NCBI GenBank assembly: GCA_040386535.1 | Contig: JAZKFH010000002.1 | Span: forward strand, 96,001 to 160,000 | DNA from: Myxococcota bacterium | GTDB taxonomy: Bacteria; Myxococcota_A; UBA796; SXON01 | Reading direction: 5' to 3' | DNA: 64,000 nt | In this document: piece by piece, positions 18,594 through 26,883 of the stretch | Layout of the letters: every line of letters begins with the position of its first letter | Position numbering within the stretch: the stretch's first letter is position 1 | The notes under the pieces: model-generated | Databases searched by the model: none | The model's input: only the letters and a program-made list of their open reading frames with translations | What the model was told of the DNA's origin: nothing | Made by a program: the position numbers and the translations under genes

Positions 18594-19304
18594 TCACCCC
18601 TTGCAGGCGGCCTTGTACCGCCGGACCGACTCGTCGAAACCGAGGAACAGGGCGTCCCCGACCAGGGCGTGGCCGATGTTGTACTCCTCGATGCCGGGCG
18701 CCGCCGCCACGAGCGCGCCGAGGTTGTGGAGGGTCAGGCCGTGGCCGGCGGCGACCTGGAGGCCAAGGGCCCGCGCCTGCTCGCACGCCTTGGCGAGGCG
18801 CGACAGCTCCTCGGGAGCGCCGGTCTCCGCGTAGGCGGCGGTGTTCAGCTCGATCATGTCGACGCCGGAGAGCTGGCGCGACCGGACGATCTGGCGTTCG
18901 TCGGGATCGATGAACAGGGCGACGCGGACGCCGAGGGCCGCGAGGCGCCCGGTGAAGTCCGCGACCTGGCCGAAGAACCGATCGACGTCCAGCCCACCCT
19001 CCGTCGTCACCTCGCCCGGCCGCTCCTCGACGAGCGTGACCCGACGGGGCCGCACCTGTTCGAGCACGGCGAACATGTCCTCGGTGCAGGCGGCCTCGAC
19101 GTTGAGGAAGGTCTGGACGGAGGCCTGGAGCCGGAACAGGTCGTGGTCCTGGATGTGGCGACGATCGCCGCGCAGGTGGACCGTGATCTGGTCGGCGCCC
19201 GCCCGCTCCGCGACCAGCGCGGCCGCCAGCGGATCCGGGTACTTCGCCCGCCGCGCCTGGCGGAGGGTGGCGACGTGGTCGATGTTCACACCGAGGCGGC
19301 TCAT
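18594..19304 (-). CDS. pdxJ: Pyridoxine 5'-phosphate synthase
   Basis: LGVNIDHVATLRQAR, HLRGDRRHIQD, TTEGG, AGHGL, NIGHA. Confidence 0.96.
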   Translation of the reverse strand: MSRLGVNIDHVATLRQARRAKYPDPLAAALVAERAGADQITVHLRGDRRHIQDHDLFRLQASVQTFLNVEAACTEDMFAVLEQVRPRRVTLVEERPGEVTTEGGLDVDRFFGQVADFTGRLAALGVRVALFIDPDERQIVRSRQLSGVDMIELNTAAYAETGAPEELSRLAKACEQARALGLQVAAGHGLTLHNLGALVAAAPGIEEYNIGHALVGDALFLGFDESVRRYKAACKG

Positions 19305-19327
19305 GGGGGCTCCGAGGGCCGGCCAAC

Positions 19328-20590
19328 CTATCCGATCAGCGCGTCCCTGAGGCGCTCGAGCCCGACACGCGCCACGTCCGCGTCCGCGTGCTCGACCATC
19401 AGCCGTACGACCGGCTCTGTACCGCTGGCCCGCACCACCACCCGCGCGCCCTCCGAACGCAGCGCGGTCGCGATGTCGTTCGTGAGGGGGATCCGCGCTG
19501 TCGCGATCCTTACGGCGGTGTTCAGCTGGGCGAAGCGCGGGAGGCTCGCGGCGCGGGCCGAGAGCGTGCCCGGGTCGGGGTGGAGCGCGCGGAGGGTGGC
19601 GACGAGGCCGTCCGCCGTCGGGAGGCCGTCCGCGAACAGGATGTGGCCCGAGGGCTCGCCCCCGACCGCCGCGCCCGACTCCCGCATCGCCGCGGCGACA
19701 TGCGCGTCCCCGACCGGGGTGCGCTGGAGCGTGATTCCCCGCGCCGCGAGGCCCGCTTCGAGCCCACCGTTGCTCATGATCGTGCCGATGACGACGCTCC
19801 CCGCCGCGCAGAGCCACACCAGCGCGTCGCCGTCGAGCACGGTGCCCTCCGCCGTGACGAGCACGCCGCGATCCCCGTCGCCGTCGAGCGCGATGCCCGC
19901 GGACGCCCCGTGGGCGGCCACGGCCGCGACGAGGGCGTCGGGCGCCATCGCGCCACATCCGACGTTGATCGCGCTGCCATCGCCATCGCCGAGGGTGACG
20001 ACCCGCGCTCCCAGGGCCACGAGTACGCGCCCGGCCAGGCCTGTCGAGGCGCCGTTCGCCGAGTCGACCACGATGGTGTGGCCGGCGAGCCAACGCCCGC
20101 GCGGCACCGCGTCGAGCACGGCGGCGACGTACCGCTCGCCCGCGTCCACGAGGAGGCGCACCCCGCCGGGGATCGCGGCGTGGTCGAGCGGAGCGTCGAG
20201 GCGGGCTTCCACCGCGCGGCGCTCGGCCTCGTCGAGCTTGGCGCCGGTGGCGCCGACGGCCTTGAGCCCGTTGTCGGCGGGCGGGTTGTGCGACGCGGTG
20301 ACCATGACGCCGCCGGACAGGCCGAGCCGCGCGACCACGGCGGAGAGCCCCGACGTGGGGAGCACGCCGAGATCGATGGCCTCGCCCCCCGCGGTGGTGA
20401 TGCCCGCGATGGTCGCGGCCACGAGCATCGGCCCGCTGGGGCGGGTGTCCCGCGCGATCGCGATGCGCGGCCCGAGCACCGCCACGAGCGCGTTTCCGAG
20501 CGCCATGGCGACCTCGGGCCCGATGTCGACGTTGGCGCGGCCGCGGAGGCCGTCCGTGCCGAAGGTTCGGCCGCTTACGACGGATGTCAT
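19328..20590 (-). CDS. glmM: Phosphoglucosamine mutase
   Basis: FGTDGLRG, TASHNP, DGDGDR, GGEPSGH, RASGTEP; follows cdaA-cdaR. Confidence 0.92.
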   Translation of the reverse strand: MTSVVSGRTFGTDGLRGRANVDIGPEVAMALGNALVAVLGPRIAIARDTRPSGPMLVAATIAGITTAGGEAIDLGVLPTSGLSAVVARLGLSGGVMVTASHNPPADNGLKAVGATGAKLDEAERRAVEARLDAPLDHAAIPGGVRLLVDAGERYVAAVLDAVPRGRWLAGHTIVVDSANGASTGLAGRVLVALGARVVTLGDGDGSAINVGCGAMAPDALVAAVAAHGASAGIALDGDGDRGVLVTAEGTVLDGDALVWLCAAGSVVIGTIMSNGGLEAGLAARGITLQRTPVGDAHVAAAMRESGAAVGGEPSGHILFADGLPTADGLVATLRALHPDPGTLSARAASLPRFAQLNTAVRIATARIPLTNDIATALRSEGARVVVRASGTEPVVRLMVEHADADVARVGLERLRDALIG

Positions 20591-21552
20591 CGACGCTCCA
20601 CGGTGATGCGCTCGGGCACGACGTCGACCACCGAGACCGCCTCGCCCGCGGGCTGGACCACCTCGTACCGGAGCCCCTCGCCCCGGCCGCGGCGCGCCTC
20701 GCCCATCGAGTTGGACCAGCCATCGGGGACGTGCACGACCACGCTTACCTCCTCCGGGTCGATCGAATTGAGGCTCTCCACCGGGCCCGCGAGCGTGACC
20801 CGCACGTTGGGCGAGTTGGTGCCGAAGCCCTCGGCGTCCCGGAGGAGCACGGGCACCGCGTCGAACGCGCGCTGCTGCACGATCGACTCCACCTTCACCT
20901 CGACGGCGAACCTCGCCGCCTGCGTCGGCACGAGCTGCCCCTTCTTGACCGCGAGGCCCACCTGGAACTCCGCGTCCTCGCGCAGGCCGCTCACGTCCAC
21001 CGCGTCCGTCATCACCTCGGTCAGGCTGCGGAGCACCGACGAGGGCCCGGCGAGCTCGACCCGATCGGGCTGGACGATGACCTTGGCCAGGCGGAAGCCC
21101 TCCGCGGGCTCGCCGCGGGTGGCGGCCACCACGTTCACGCGGCGCTTGAGCACGCGATCCAGCTGCACCTTGAGCGCGCTCGGCGACACCGACACCACGC
21201 GCACCTGGCTCGGCATGCCGGAGACCGGGCGCTCGGACAGGTCGAGCGAGACCTCGCCCTCCTTCGCGCGCGACAGATCGACGAGGATCGAGAGGTCCTT
21301 CTGCCGGACGGCGCGCACGAACGCCTGCACACCCTCGACGGTGACCGTGGCGGTCTCCAGGGGCGGCTCGACCAGCATGAGCCCGTCCGGCAGCTTCCAT
21401 TCGAGGCGCACGCGGGCGCGATCCTCGACGACCTGCTCCGACTGCACCCAGATCCACATCATCAGCGCGAACGCCAGCGCCAGCGCCTTGTAGGCGAGGT
21501 TGCTCGTGAAGACGTCCCGCAGGTCCCCCAGCAGATCACCGATGCGGCTCAT
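20587..21552 (-). CDS. cdaR: CdaR (YbbR-like) regulator of diadenylate cyclase
   Basis: N-terminal TM (NLAYKALALAFALMMW), repeated YbbR-like domains, located between cdaA and glmM. Confidence 0.8.
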   Translation of the reverse strand: MSRIGDLLGDLRDVFTSNLAYKALALAFALMMWIWVQSEQVVEDRARVRLEWKLPDGLMLVEPPLETATVTVEGVQAFVRAVRQKDLSILVDLSRAKEGEVSLDLSERPVSGMPSQVRVVSVSPSALKVQLDRVLKRRVNVVAATRGEPAEGFRLAKVIVQPDRVELAGPSSVLRSLTEVMTDAVDVSGLREDAEFQVGLAVKKGQLVPTQAARFAVEVKVESIVQQRAFDAVPVLLRDAEGFGTNSPNVRVTLAGPVESLNSIDPEEVSVVVHVPDGWSNSMGEARRGRGEGLRYEVVQPAGEAVSVVDVVPERITVERR

Positions 21553-22337
21553 GGCGCCCTCGCCGTGCGCACGCGGCCCTTGGGCTGGAAACACTCGAGG
21601 AGGCGCTCGCGCATCTCGTTCTGGTCGGCCACCGGCTGCACCTCGCCGGCGATCACGAGGCTCACGGTGCCGCGCTCCTCGGAGACGATGACCACGACCG
21701 CATCGGTCTCCTCGGTGAGCCCGATCGCGGCGCGGTGGCGCGTGCCGTAGAAGCGGCTCACGTCCTTGGACAACGACAGCGGCAGGAACACCTTCGCGGC
21801 GAGCACCTTGTCCTTGCGGACCACCGCTGCACCGTCGTGGAGGGGGCTCGTCGGGTGGAAGATGGCGAGCAGCAGCTCGCTGGAGGCGCGCGCGTCGAGG
21901 CGATTGCCGCCCTCCGCGTACTCTTCGAGCGAGGCCTCACGCTCCAGCGCGAGCAACGCACCGATGCGTCGCGACGCCATGACGAAGCTGGCCCGCACGA
22001 TCTCCTCCATCGCCCCTTGCGCGGGCTGGGCGGAGAAGCTCGGGAACAGCCGCCCGCCGGCGCCGGCGAGCCCACGCTTGATGTCGCTCTGGAACAGAAT
22101 GATGACCGCCAGGACGATGTAGACGAAGAACTTCTCCAGCATCCAGTGCACGGCGTAGAGCTCGAGCCGGCCGGAGAGCGCGAAGAGGACGAGGGCGAGC
22201 AGTAGCCCGAGCAGGCTCTGGAAGGCGCGGGTGCCGCGCACCAGCATCAACGCGCGGTAGACGACGTACCAGAGCAGGCAGATGTCGACGACGTCGGTCC
22301 AGCGGATGTTGGCGAAGTAGGTCGCGAAGAGGCTCAT
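21549..22337 (-). CDS. cdaA: Diadenylate cyclase CdaA (DacA)
   Basis: Three N-terminal TM segments, FQSDIKR, PLHDGA, GTRHRAAIG, VSEERG. Confidence 0.95.
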   Translation of the reverse strand: MSLFATYFANIRWTDVVDICLLWYVVYRALMLVRGTRAFQSLLGLLLALVLFALSGRLELYAVHWMLEKFFVYIVLAVIILFQSDIKRGLAGAGGRLFPSFSAQPAQGAMEEIVRASFVMASRRIGALLALEREASLEEYAEGGNRLDARASSELLLAIFHPTSPLHDGAAVVRKDKVLAAKVFLPLSLSKDVSRFYGTRHRAAIGLTEETDAVVVIVSEERGTVSLVIAGEVQPVADQNEMRERLLECFQPKGRVRTARAP

Positions 22338-23107
22338 CGGATCGCCTCCCACACGCGCAGCGCGCGCACGGTCTCGGCGACGTCGTGCACGCGGATGAGC
22401 GTGGCGCCGGCATCCTGCGCGTGCAGCGCCACCGCGAGCGAGCCCTCGAGGCGCTCGGTGGCGTTGGGCTGCCCGGTGAGCTCCCCGATGAAGCGCTTGC
22501 GCGAGGCGCCGATCAGCACGCTCCGACCCGGCGTTCGCCGAGGCAGATCCCGGAGGAGCGCGAGGTTGTGCGCGCCCGTCTTGGCAAAACCGATGCCCGG
22601 GTCGACCACGATCCGCTCCGCGCGGATGCCGGCGGCCTCGGCCGCGGCGACCCGCTCGTCGAGCGCCGCCCACACCTCGGCGCACACGTCGTCATAGACC
22701 GCGAGGCGCTGCATGGTGTCCGGCTCCCCCCGCGTGTGCATCAGCACGATGCCACAGTCGGCGGTGGCGACGAAGGGCAGCATCGCGGGGTCGGCGCCCC
22801 CGCTCACGTCGTTGATCAGCGTGGCGCCCGCATCCACGGCGGCCCGCGCCACGCTGGCGCGTCGCGTGTCGACGCTGACCGGGCCGTGCGTCGCGAGGGC
22901 GCGGATCACGCGCACCACCCGCTCCCGCTCCTCGATCGGGTCGACCGGGGCGGCGCCGGGGCGCGTGGATTCGCCCCCCACGTCGACCCAGTCGGCGCCC
23001 GCGTCGAAGAGCGCGCGCCCGTGCGCGACCGCGGCGTCGAAGGTGGCGTGGCGCCCCCCGTCCGAGAACGAATCGGGCGTGACGTTCAGGATGCCCATCA
23101 CCTTCAT
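22334..23107 (-). CDS. folP: Dihydropteroate synthase
   Basis: MGILNVTPDSFSDGG, GGESTRPG, INDVSG, DPGIGFAK, GASRKRF, IRVHDV. Confidence 0.97.
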   Translation of the reverse strand: MKVMGILNVTPDSFSDGGRHATFDAAVAHGRALFDAGADWVDVGGESTRPGAAPVDPIEERERVVRVIRALATHGPVSVDTRRASVARAAVDAGATLINDVSGGADPAMLPFVATADCGIVLMHTRGEPDTMQRLAVYDDVCAEVWAALDERVAAAEAAGIRAERIVVDPGIGFAKTGAHNLALLRDLPRRTPGRSVLIGASRKRFIGELTGQPNATERLEGSLAVALHAQDAGATLIRVHDVAETVRALRVWEAIR

Positions 23108-24798
23108 GGGGGCGCCCCACCGGGCGCGGCCGGAGTCCGCGGCCCGCCGAGCTGGCCGATCCCGCCGCCGGGAGGTGGCCCGCCGAGCTGGCCGATCCCG
23201 CCTCCACCACCGGGAGGAGGCCCCCCAGGACCGCCAGGACCGCCCGGCCCCCCAGGACCGCCCATCCCGGGCCCTCGGAGCGCCGCGGGGGTCTCCCAGA
23301 GGGCGTACTCGGCGTCCTGATACGAGGGCGCCCCGAGCGCGCGCTGGACCGCCACGCGCAACGTGGGCTCGCTCCCGGCGACGAGGAGCCAGTCGTAGCC
23401 GGCCTTGCGGAGCTGCGGGCCGAGGTCGGGGTTGGTCGAGGCGCCGTCCCCGAGGTGGGTCACCGTCTGGAACGTGTGGTCCTCGGCAAGCGCGCGCTCC
23501 ACGGCGTCGCGCACCGGGCCCGCGCCCTGGAGCCCCGGCCCGCCGTACACCTTCTGGCGGTGGAACGGCACCAGCCCGACCAGCCCCTCGCGCACGTCCT
23601 GCAGCGGCAGCTGGACGATCGCGCCCCCATACGGCGTCCGCGCCATCTCTACGAACGCGCTCGGCACCGGCCACCCCTCCCCGGCCCACAACGCCACCGG
23701 CTGCCCCAACGCGGCCTGCGCTCGCGGCTCCACGAGGAGCGCCGCTACCACGCCGACCTCGGCGAGCCGCCCCAGCCGCGCCCGTGCCGCCCACGCGAGC
23801 GCACCGATCATCGCGAACACCAGCGCCACCGAGAGGAGCTCCTGGCCGTGCGCCGAGAGCGTCGGGAGCGCGGGCGTGATCGGCAGGGCGAAGGTGCCGA
23901 TGCGGACCAGCTCGCCGGACGCATCGCGCGCGAACGGCCCGAGCGCCACGAGCACCAGCACGAACGCCACGACCGCGGCCACCCGCGCGGGCAGGCGTCT
24001 GGAGCGAACCCGCGTTTGCCAGAGCGCGCCCAGCCCGAGCAGGAAGACGACGGGCATCCCGACGGAGGCGCCCGAGGCCAGCCAGACGAGGCTGTTGAGG
24101 GGAAGCTGGGCCACGCCGCCGGAGGTCGCGGCCGGCGCCCCGAAGCCGATGATCACCCCGAGGGCGGCCCCCACCCACGCGGGCGTGCCCGATCGGGTCT
24201 TGTCGGCGATCAGCCGGGACGCCACGAGCGCTCCCGCGGTCACGATCGGCGCCCCCACGAGGCCGATGATCAGCGCCCCGCAGAAGGGCAGCCGCCGCTC
24301 GAGGCGCAGCGCCGCCGCCGCCGCCAGCCCCGGCCCCACCCATGCCGCGGCCAACGCGCCCTGCCCGAGTTGGCCCATCCACAGTCCGGCCCCCGCCACC
24401 ATCGCCGCCGCGAGCAGCCCGCGGGGGCGTGGTCGCAGCGTGCTTCCCCAGAGCCAGGCGCCCGCGGCGTTGGTCACCACGAGGAGCAGCAGGCCCAGGT
24501 TGTGGGCGAGCACGGGCCGCCCGAGCGCGTGGAGGGGCGCCAGGAACAGCGCCGTGGCGGGGTTCCCCACCAGCGCGAGCAGCCCCGCGTCCGGCGCGGC
24601 CAGGAAGCCGGAGCTGTCGTCGAACCCGCGCCCGCTCACGACGTTCGCGTAGATCTGCCACGGAAGCCAGAACGCCCGCTGCCCCGCGCCCGAGAGCCGC
24701 CCGCCGGGGAGCGCCTCCCCGAGGTGCAGGAAAAACGAAGACGTGGCGATCAAGGTGATCGCCACGCTCGTCAGGAGAATCAGGATCGTCCTGCGCAT
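23104..24798 (-). CDS. Multi-pass membrane protein (possible GT-C/YfhO-like) with Gly/Pro-rich C-terminal repeats
   Basis: Many hydrophobic segments, then a soluble domain; tail GGPGGPGG...(GGIGQLGGP)x2. ATGA overlap with folP. Confidence 0.6.
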   Translation of the reverse strand: MRRTILILLTSVAITLIATSSFFLHLGEALPGGRLSGAGQRAFWLPWQIYANVVSGRGFDDSSGFLAAPDAGLLALVGNPATALFLAPLHALGRPVLAHNLGLLLLVVTNAAGAWLWGSTLRPRPRGLLAAAMVAGAGLWMGQLGQGALAAAWVGPGLAAAAALRLERRLPFCGALIIGLVGAPIVTAGALVASRLIADKTRSGTPAWVGAALGVIIGFGAPAATSGGVAQLPLNSLVWLASGASVGMPVVFLLGLGALWQTRVRSRRLPARVAAVVAFVLVLVALGPFARDASGELVRIGTFALPITPALPTLSAHGQELLSVALVFAMIGALAWAARARLGRLAEVGVVAALLVEPRAQAALGQPVALWAGEGWPVPSAFVEMARTPYGGAIVQLPLQDVREGLVGLVPFHRQKVYGGPGLQGAGPVRDAVERALAEDHTFQTVTHLGDGASTNPDLGPQLRKAGYDWLLVAGSEPTLRVAVQRALGAPSYQDAEYALWETPAALRGPGMGGPGGPGGPGGPGGPPPGGGGGIGQLGGPPPGGGIGQLGGPRTPAAPGGAPP

Positions 24799-24817
24799 CT
24801 TCCTTGGAACCGATCCC

Positions 24818-26641
24818 CTATGCGACGTTCGACGTCGGCTCCGGGTAGACCGGGTTCATCTGCGCGACGAGCCGCTCGAACTCGCCGGCGTCGAGCGACT
24901 CCTTCTCGATCAGGGACTGCGCCACCTTGTGGAGGATGTGCAGGTTCTGGACGAGGATGGTCCGGGCGTTCTCGTAGCCGTAGCCGACGAACTTCTTGAC
25001 CTCTTCGTCGATGCGCTGGGCCGTGGCCTCGGAGTAGTCGCGGCTGCGGCCGCCGTCCCGGCCGAGGTAGCCGTCATCCTTGCGCTCGCCCCACGCGACG
25101 GGCCCCATCGCGTCGCTCATGCCGTACTCGCACACCATGCCGTGCGCGAGCTGGGTGGCCTTCTTGATGTCGTCCGACGCGCCGGTGTCGAAGTCCCCGT
25201 AGATGATCTCCTCGGCCGCGCGCCCGCCCATGCCGCACGTGATGCGCGCCTTGAGCTGGGAGACCGACCAGGTGAACCGATCCTCGATGGGGAGGAAGTG
25301 GGTGGCGCCGAGCGACCGCGTGCGCGGGATGATGGTGATCTTGTTGACCGGATCGGACTCGGGGGTGAGCCGCGCGACGATGGCGTGCCCAGCCTCGTGG
25401 TAGGCCGTGCGCTTCTTCATCGCGTCGGAGAGCACCAGCGAGCGGCGCTCGGAGCCCATGGCGACCTTGTCCTTCGCCATCTCCAGGTCTTCCTGGTCGA
25501 TCTTGCGCTTGTTGGTGCGCGCGGCGAACAGGGCGGCTTCGTTGATGAGGCTCTCGAGCTCGGCGCCCGAGAAGCCGGGCGTGCCGCGGGCGATGCGCTC
25601 CAGATCGACCTGCTCGTCGAGCGGAGTGCGCCGGGCGTGCACCTGGAGGATGCCGAGGCGGCCGCGCACGTCAGGCTGCGGCACCACCACGCGGCGATCG
25701 AAGCGACCGGGGCGCAGGAGCGCGGGATCGAGCACGTCGGGGCGGTTGGTCGCCGCGACGAGGATGACACCCTCGGCGCTGTCGAACCCGTCCATCTCGA
25801 CGAGGAGCTGGTTGAGCGTCTGCTCGCGCTCGTCGTGCCCGCCGCCCATGCCGTTGCCGCGGTGGCGCCCGACCGCGTCGATCTCGTCGATGAAGATGAT
25901 GCAGGGCGCCTGCTTCTTGCCCTGTTCGAACAGGTCACGGACGCGGCTGGCGCCGACGCCCACGAACATCTCGACGAACTCCGACCCGGAGATGCTGAAG
26001 AACGGCACCCCGGCCTCCCCCGCCACGGCGCGGGCGAGGAGGGTCTTGCCGGTCCCCGGCGAGCCCATGAGGAGCACACCCTTCGGGATGCGGCCGCCGA
26101 GGCGGGTGAACTTGCGCGGGTCCTTCAGGAACTGGATGATCTCGTCCAGCTCCTCCTTCGCCTCGTCACACCCGGCAACGTCGGTGAAGGTGATGCGCTT
26201 GCCCGACTCGGAGAGCAGCTTGGCCTTCGACTTGCCGAAGCTCATCGCCTTGCCGGAGCCCGCCTGGAGCTGCCGCATGATGAGCATGAAGACGGCGATG
26301 ACGACGACAACGAGCAGGCCCTGCGCGAGCAGGCTCATCCACATGCCGTCCCCCACCTCCTGGAAGTCGGGCACGACGCCCTTCTTGGCGAACTGCTCGA
26401 GGTAGTAGTCGCTGTTGCCCGGGCCGGTCGTGTGGAAACGCGTGCCGTCGGCGAGCGTCCCCTCCATCCACGAACCCTTGATGGACAACGACGTGACGTC
26501 GCCCTTCTCGACGTTCTGGACGAGGTCGGAGAAGTCGATCTGCTGCTGTTGCGGGACGATGGTGTTCCGGGCGGTGACGGCGACGGCCACCAACACCACG
26601 ATCACGAAGAAGACCATCATCCACATCTGGCGCGTGCGCAT
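24818..26641 (-). CDS. ftsH: ATP-dependent zinc metalloprotease FtsH
   Basis: Two TMs, [40 protein letters not shown]. Confidence 0.97.
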   Translation of the reverse strand: MRTRQMWMMVFFVIVVLVAVAVTARNTIVPQQQQIDFSDLVQNVEKGDVTSLSIKGSWMEGTLADGTRFHTTGPGNSDYYLEQFAKKGVVPDFQEVGDGMWMSLLAQGLLVVVVIAVFMLIMRQLQAGSGKAMSFGKSKAKLLSESGKRITFTDVAGCDEAKEELDEIIQFLKDPRKFTRLGGRIPKGVLLMGSPGTGKTLLARAVAGEAGVPFFSISGSEFVEMFVGVGASRVRDLFEQGKKQAPCIIFIDEIDAVGRHRGNGMGGGHDEREQTLNQLLVEMDGFDSAEGVILVAATNRPDVLDPALLRPGRFDRRVVVPQPDVRGRLGILQVHARRTPLDEQVDLERIARGTPGFSGAELESLINEAALFAARTNKRKIDQEDLEMAKDKVAMGSERRSLVLSDAMKKRTAYHEAGHAIVARLTPESDPVNKITIIPRTRSLGATHFLPIEDRFTWSVSQLKARITCGMGGRAAEEIIYGDFDTGASDDIKKATQLAHGMVCEYGMSDAMGPVAWGERKDDGYLGRDGGRSRDYSEATAQRIDEEVKKFVGYGYENARTILVQNLHILHKVAQSLIEKESLDAGEFERLVAQMNPVYPEPTSNVA

Positions 26642-26719
26642 ACCTTCGGAGCTCCAGCCTCGTCAGTGAGGGCTCACCTAACCCGGTTGAGCCCGGACAT
26701 ACCACCTGCCCGCGCAGAC

Positions 26720-26880
26720 CGCGAGGTCGTCGGCTTGCGTCGGGTGTAGGAGCACCCGGCGACGCCCCGGTATTCCGGCCCGAGGCCCTTTACGACCGCG
26801 TCCGGGGGTTGCCGGGTACCCGTCCCCCCTCGTGTTCGCCATTCGACCTTGCGCAGGCCCACTCCGGCGGGTGACCTTGC
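26720..26880 (+). ncRNA. Candidate structured RNA / 5' leader (unassigned)
   Basis: Nested long stems 26720-26729/26844-26853 and 26754-26770/26802-26817, each with a G-U pair that works only on the + strand; alternative pairings exist. Confidence 0.35.
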
Positions 26881-26883
26881 ACG

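Noticed and set aside
23140..23265. Direct repeats (gccgagctggccgatcccgcc twice; ggaccgcc units) as a possible mini-CRISPR
   Set aside because: In-frame coding repeats for the Gly/Pro tail; too few copies, spacing too short, no cas genes.
26686..26852. Short resemblances to E. coli 6S RNA segments as I recall them (CATACCAC, CATTCGACCTTG)
   Set aside because: The matches are short, from memory, and the spacing differs. Not enough to name it ssrS; kept only as an unassigned structured RNA candidate.
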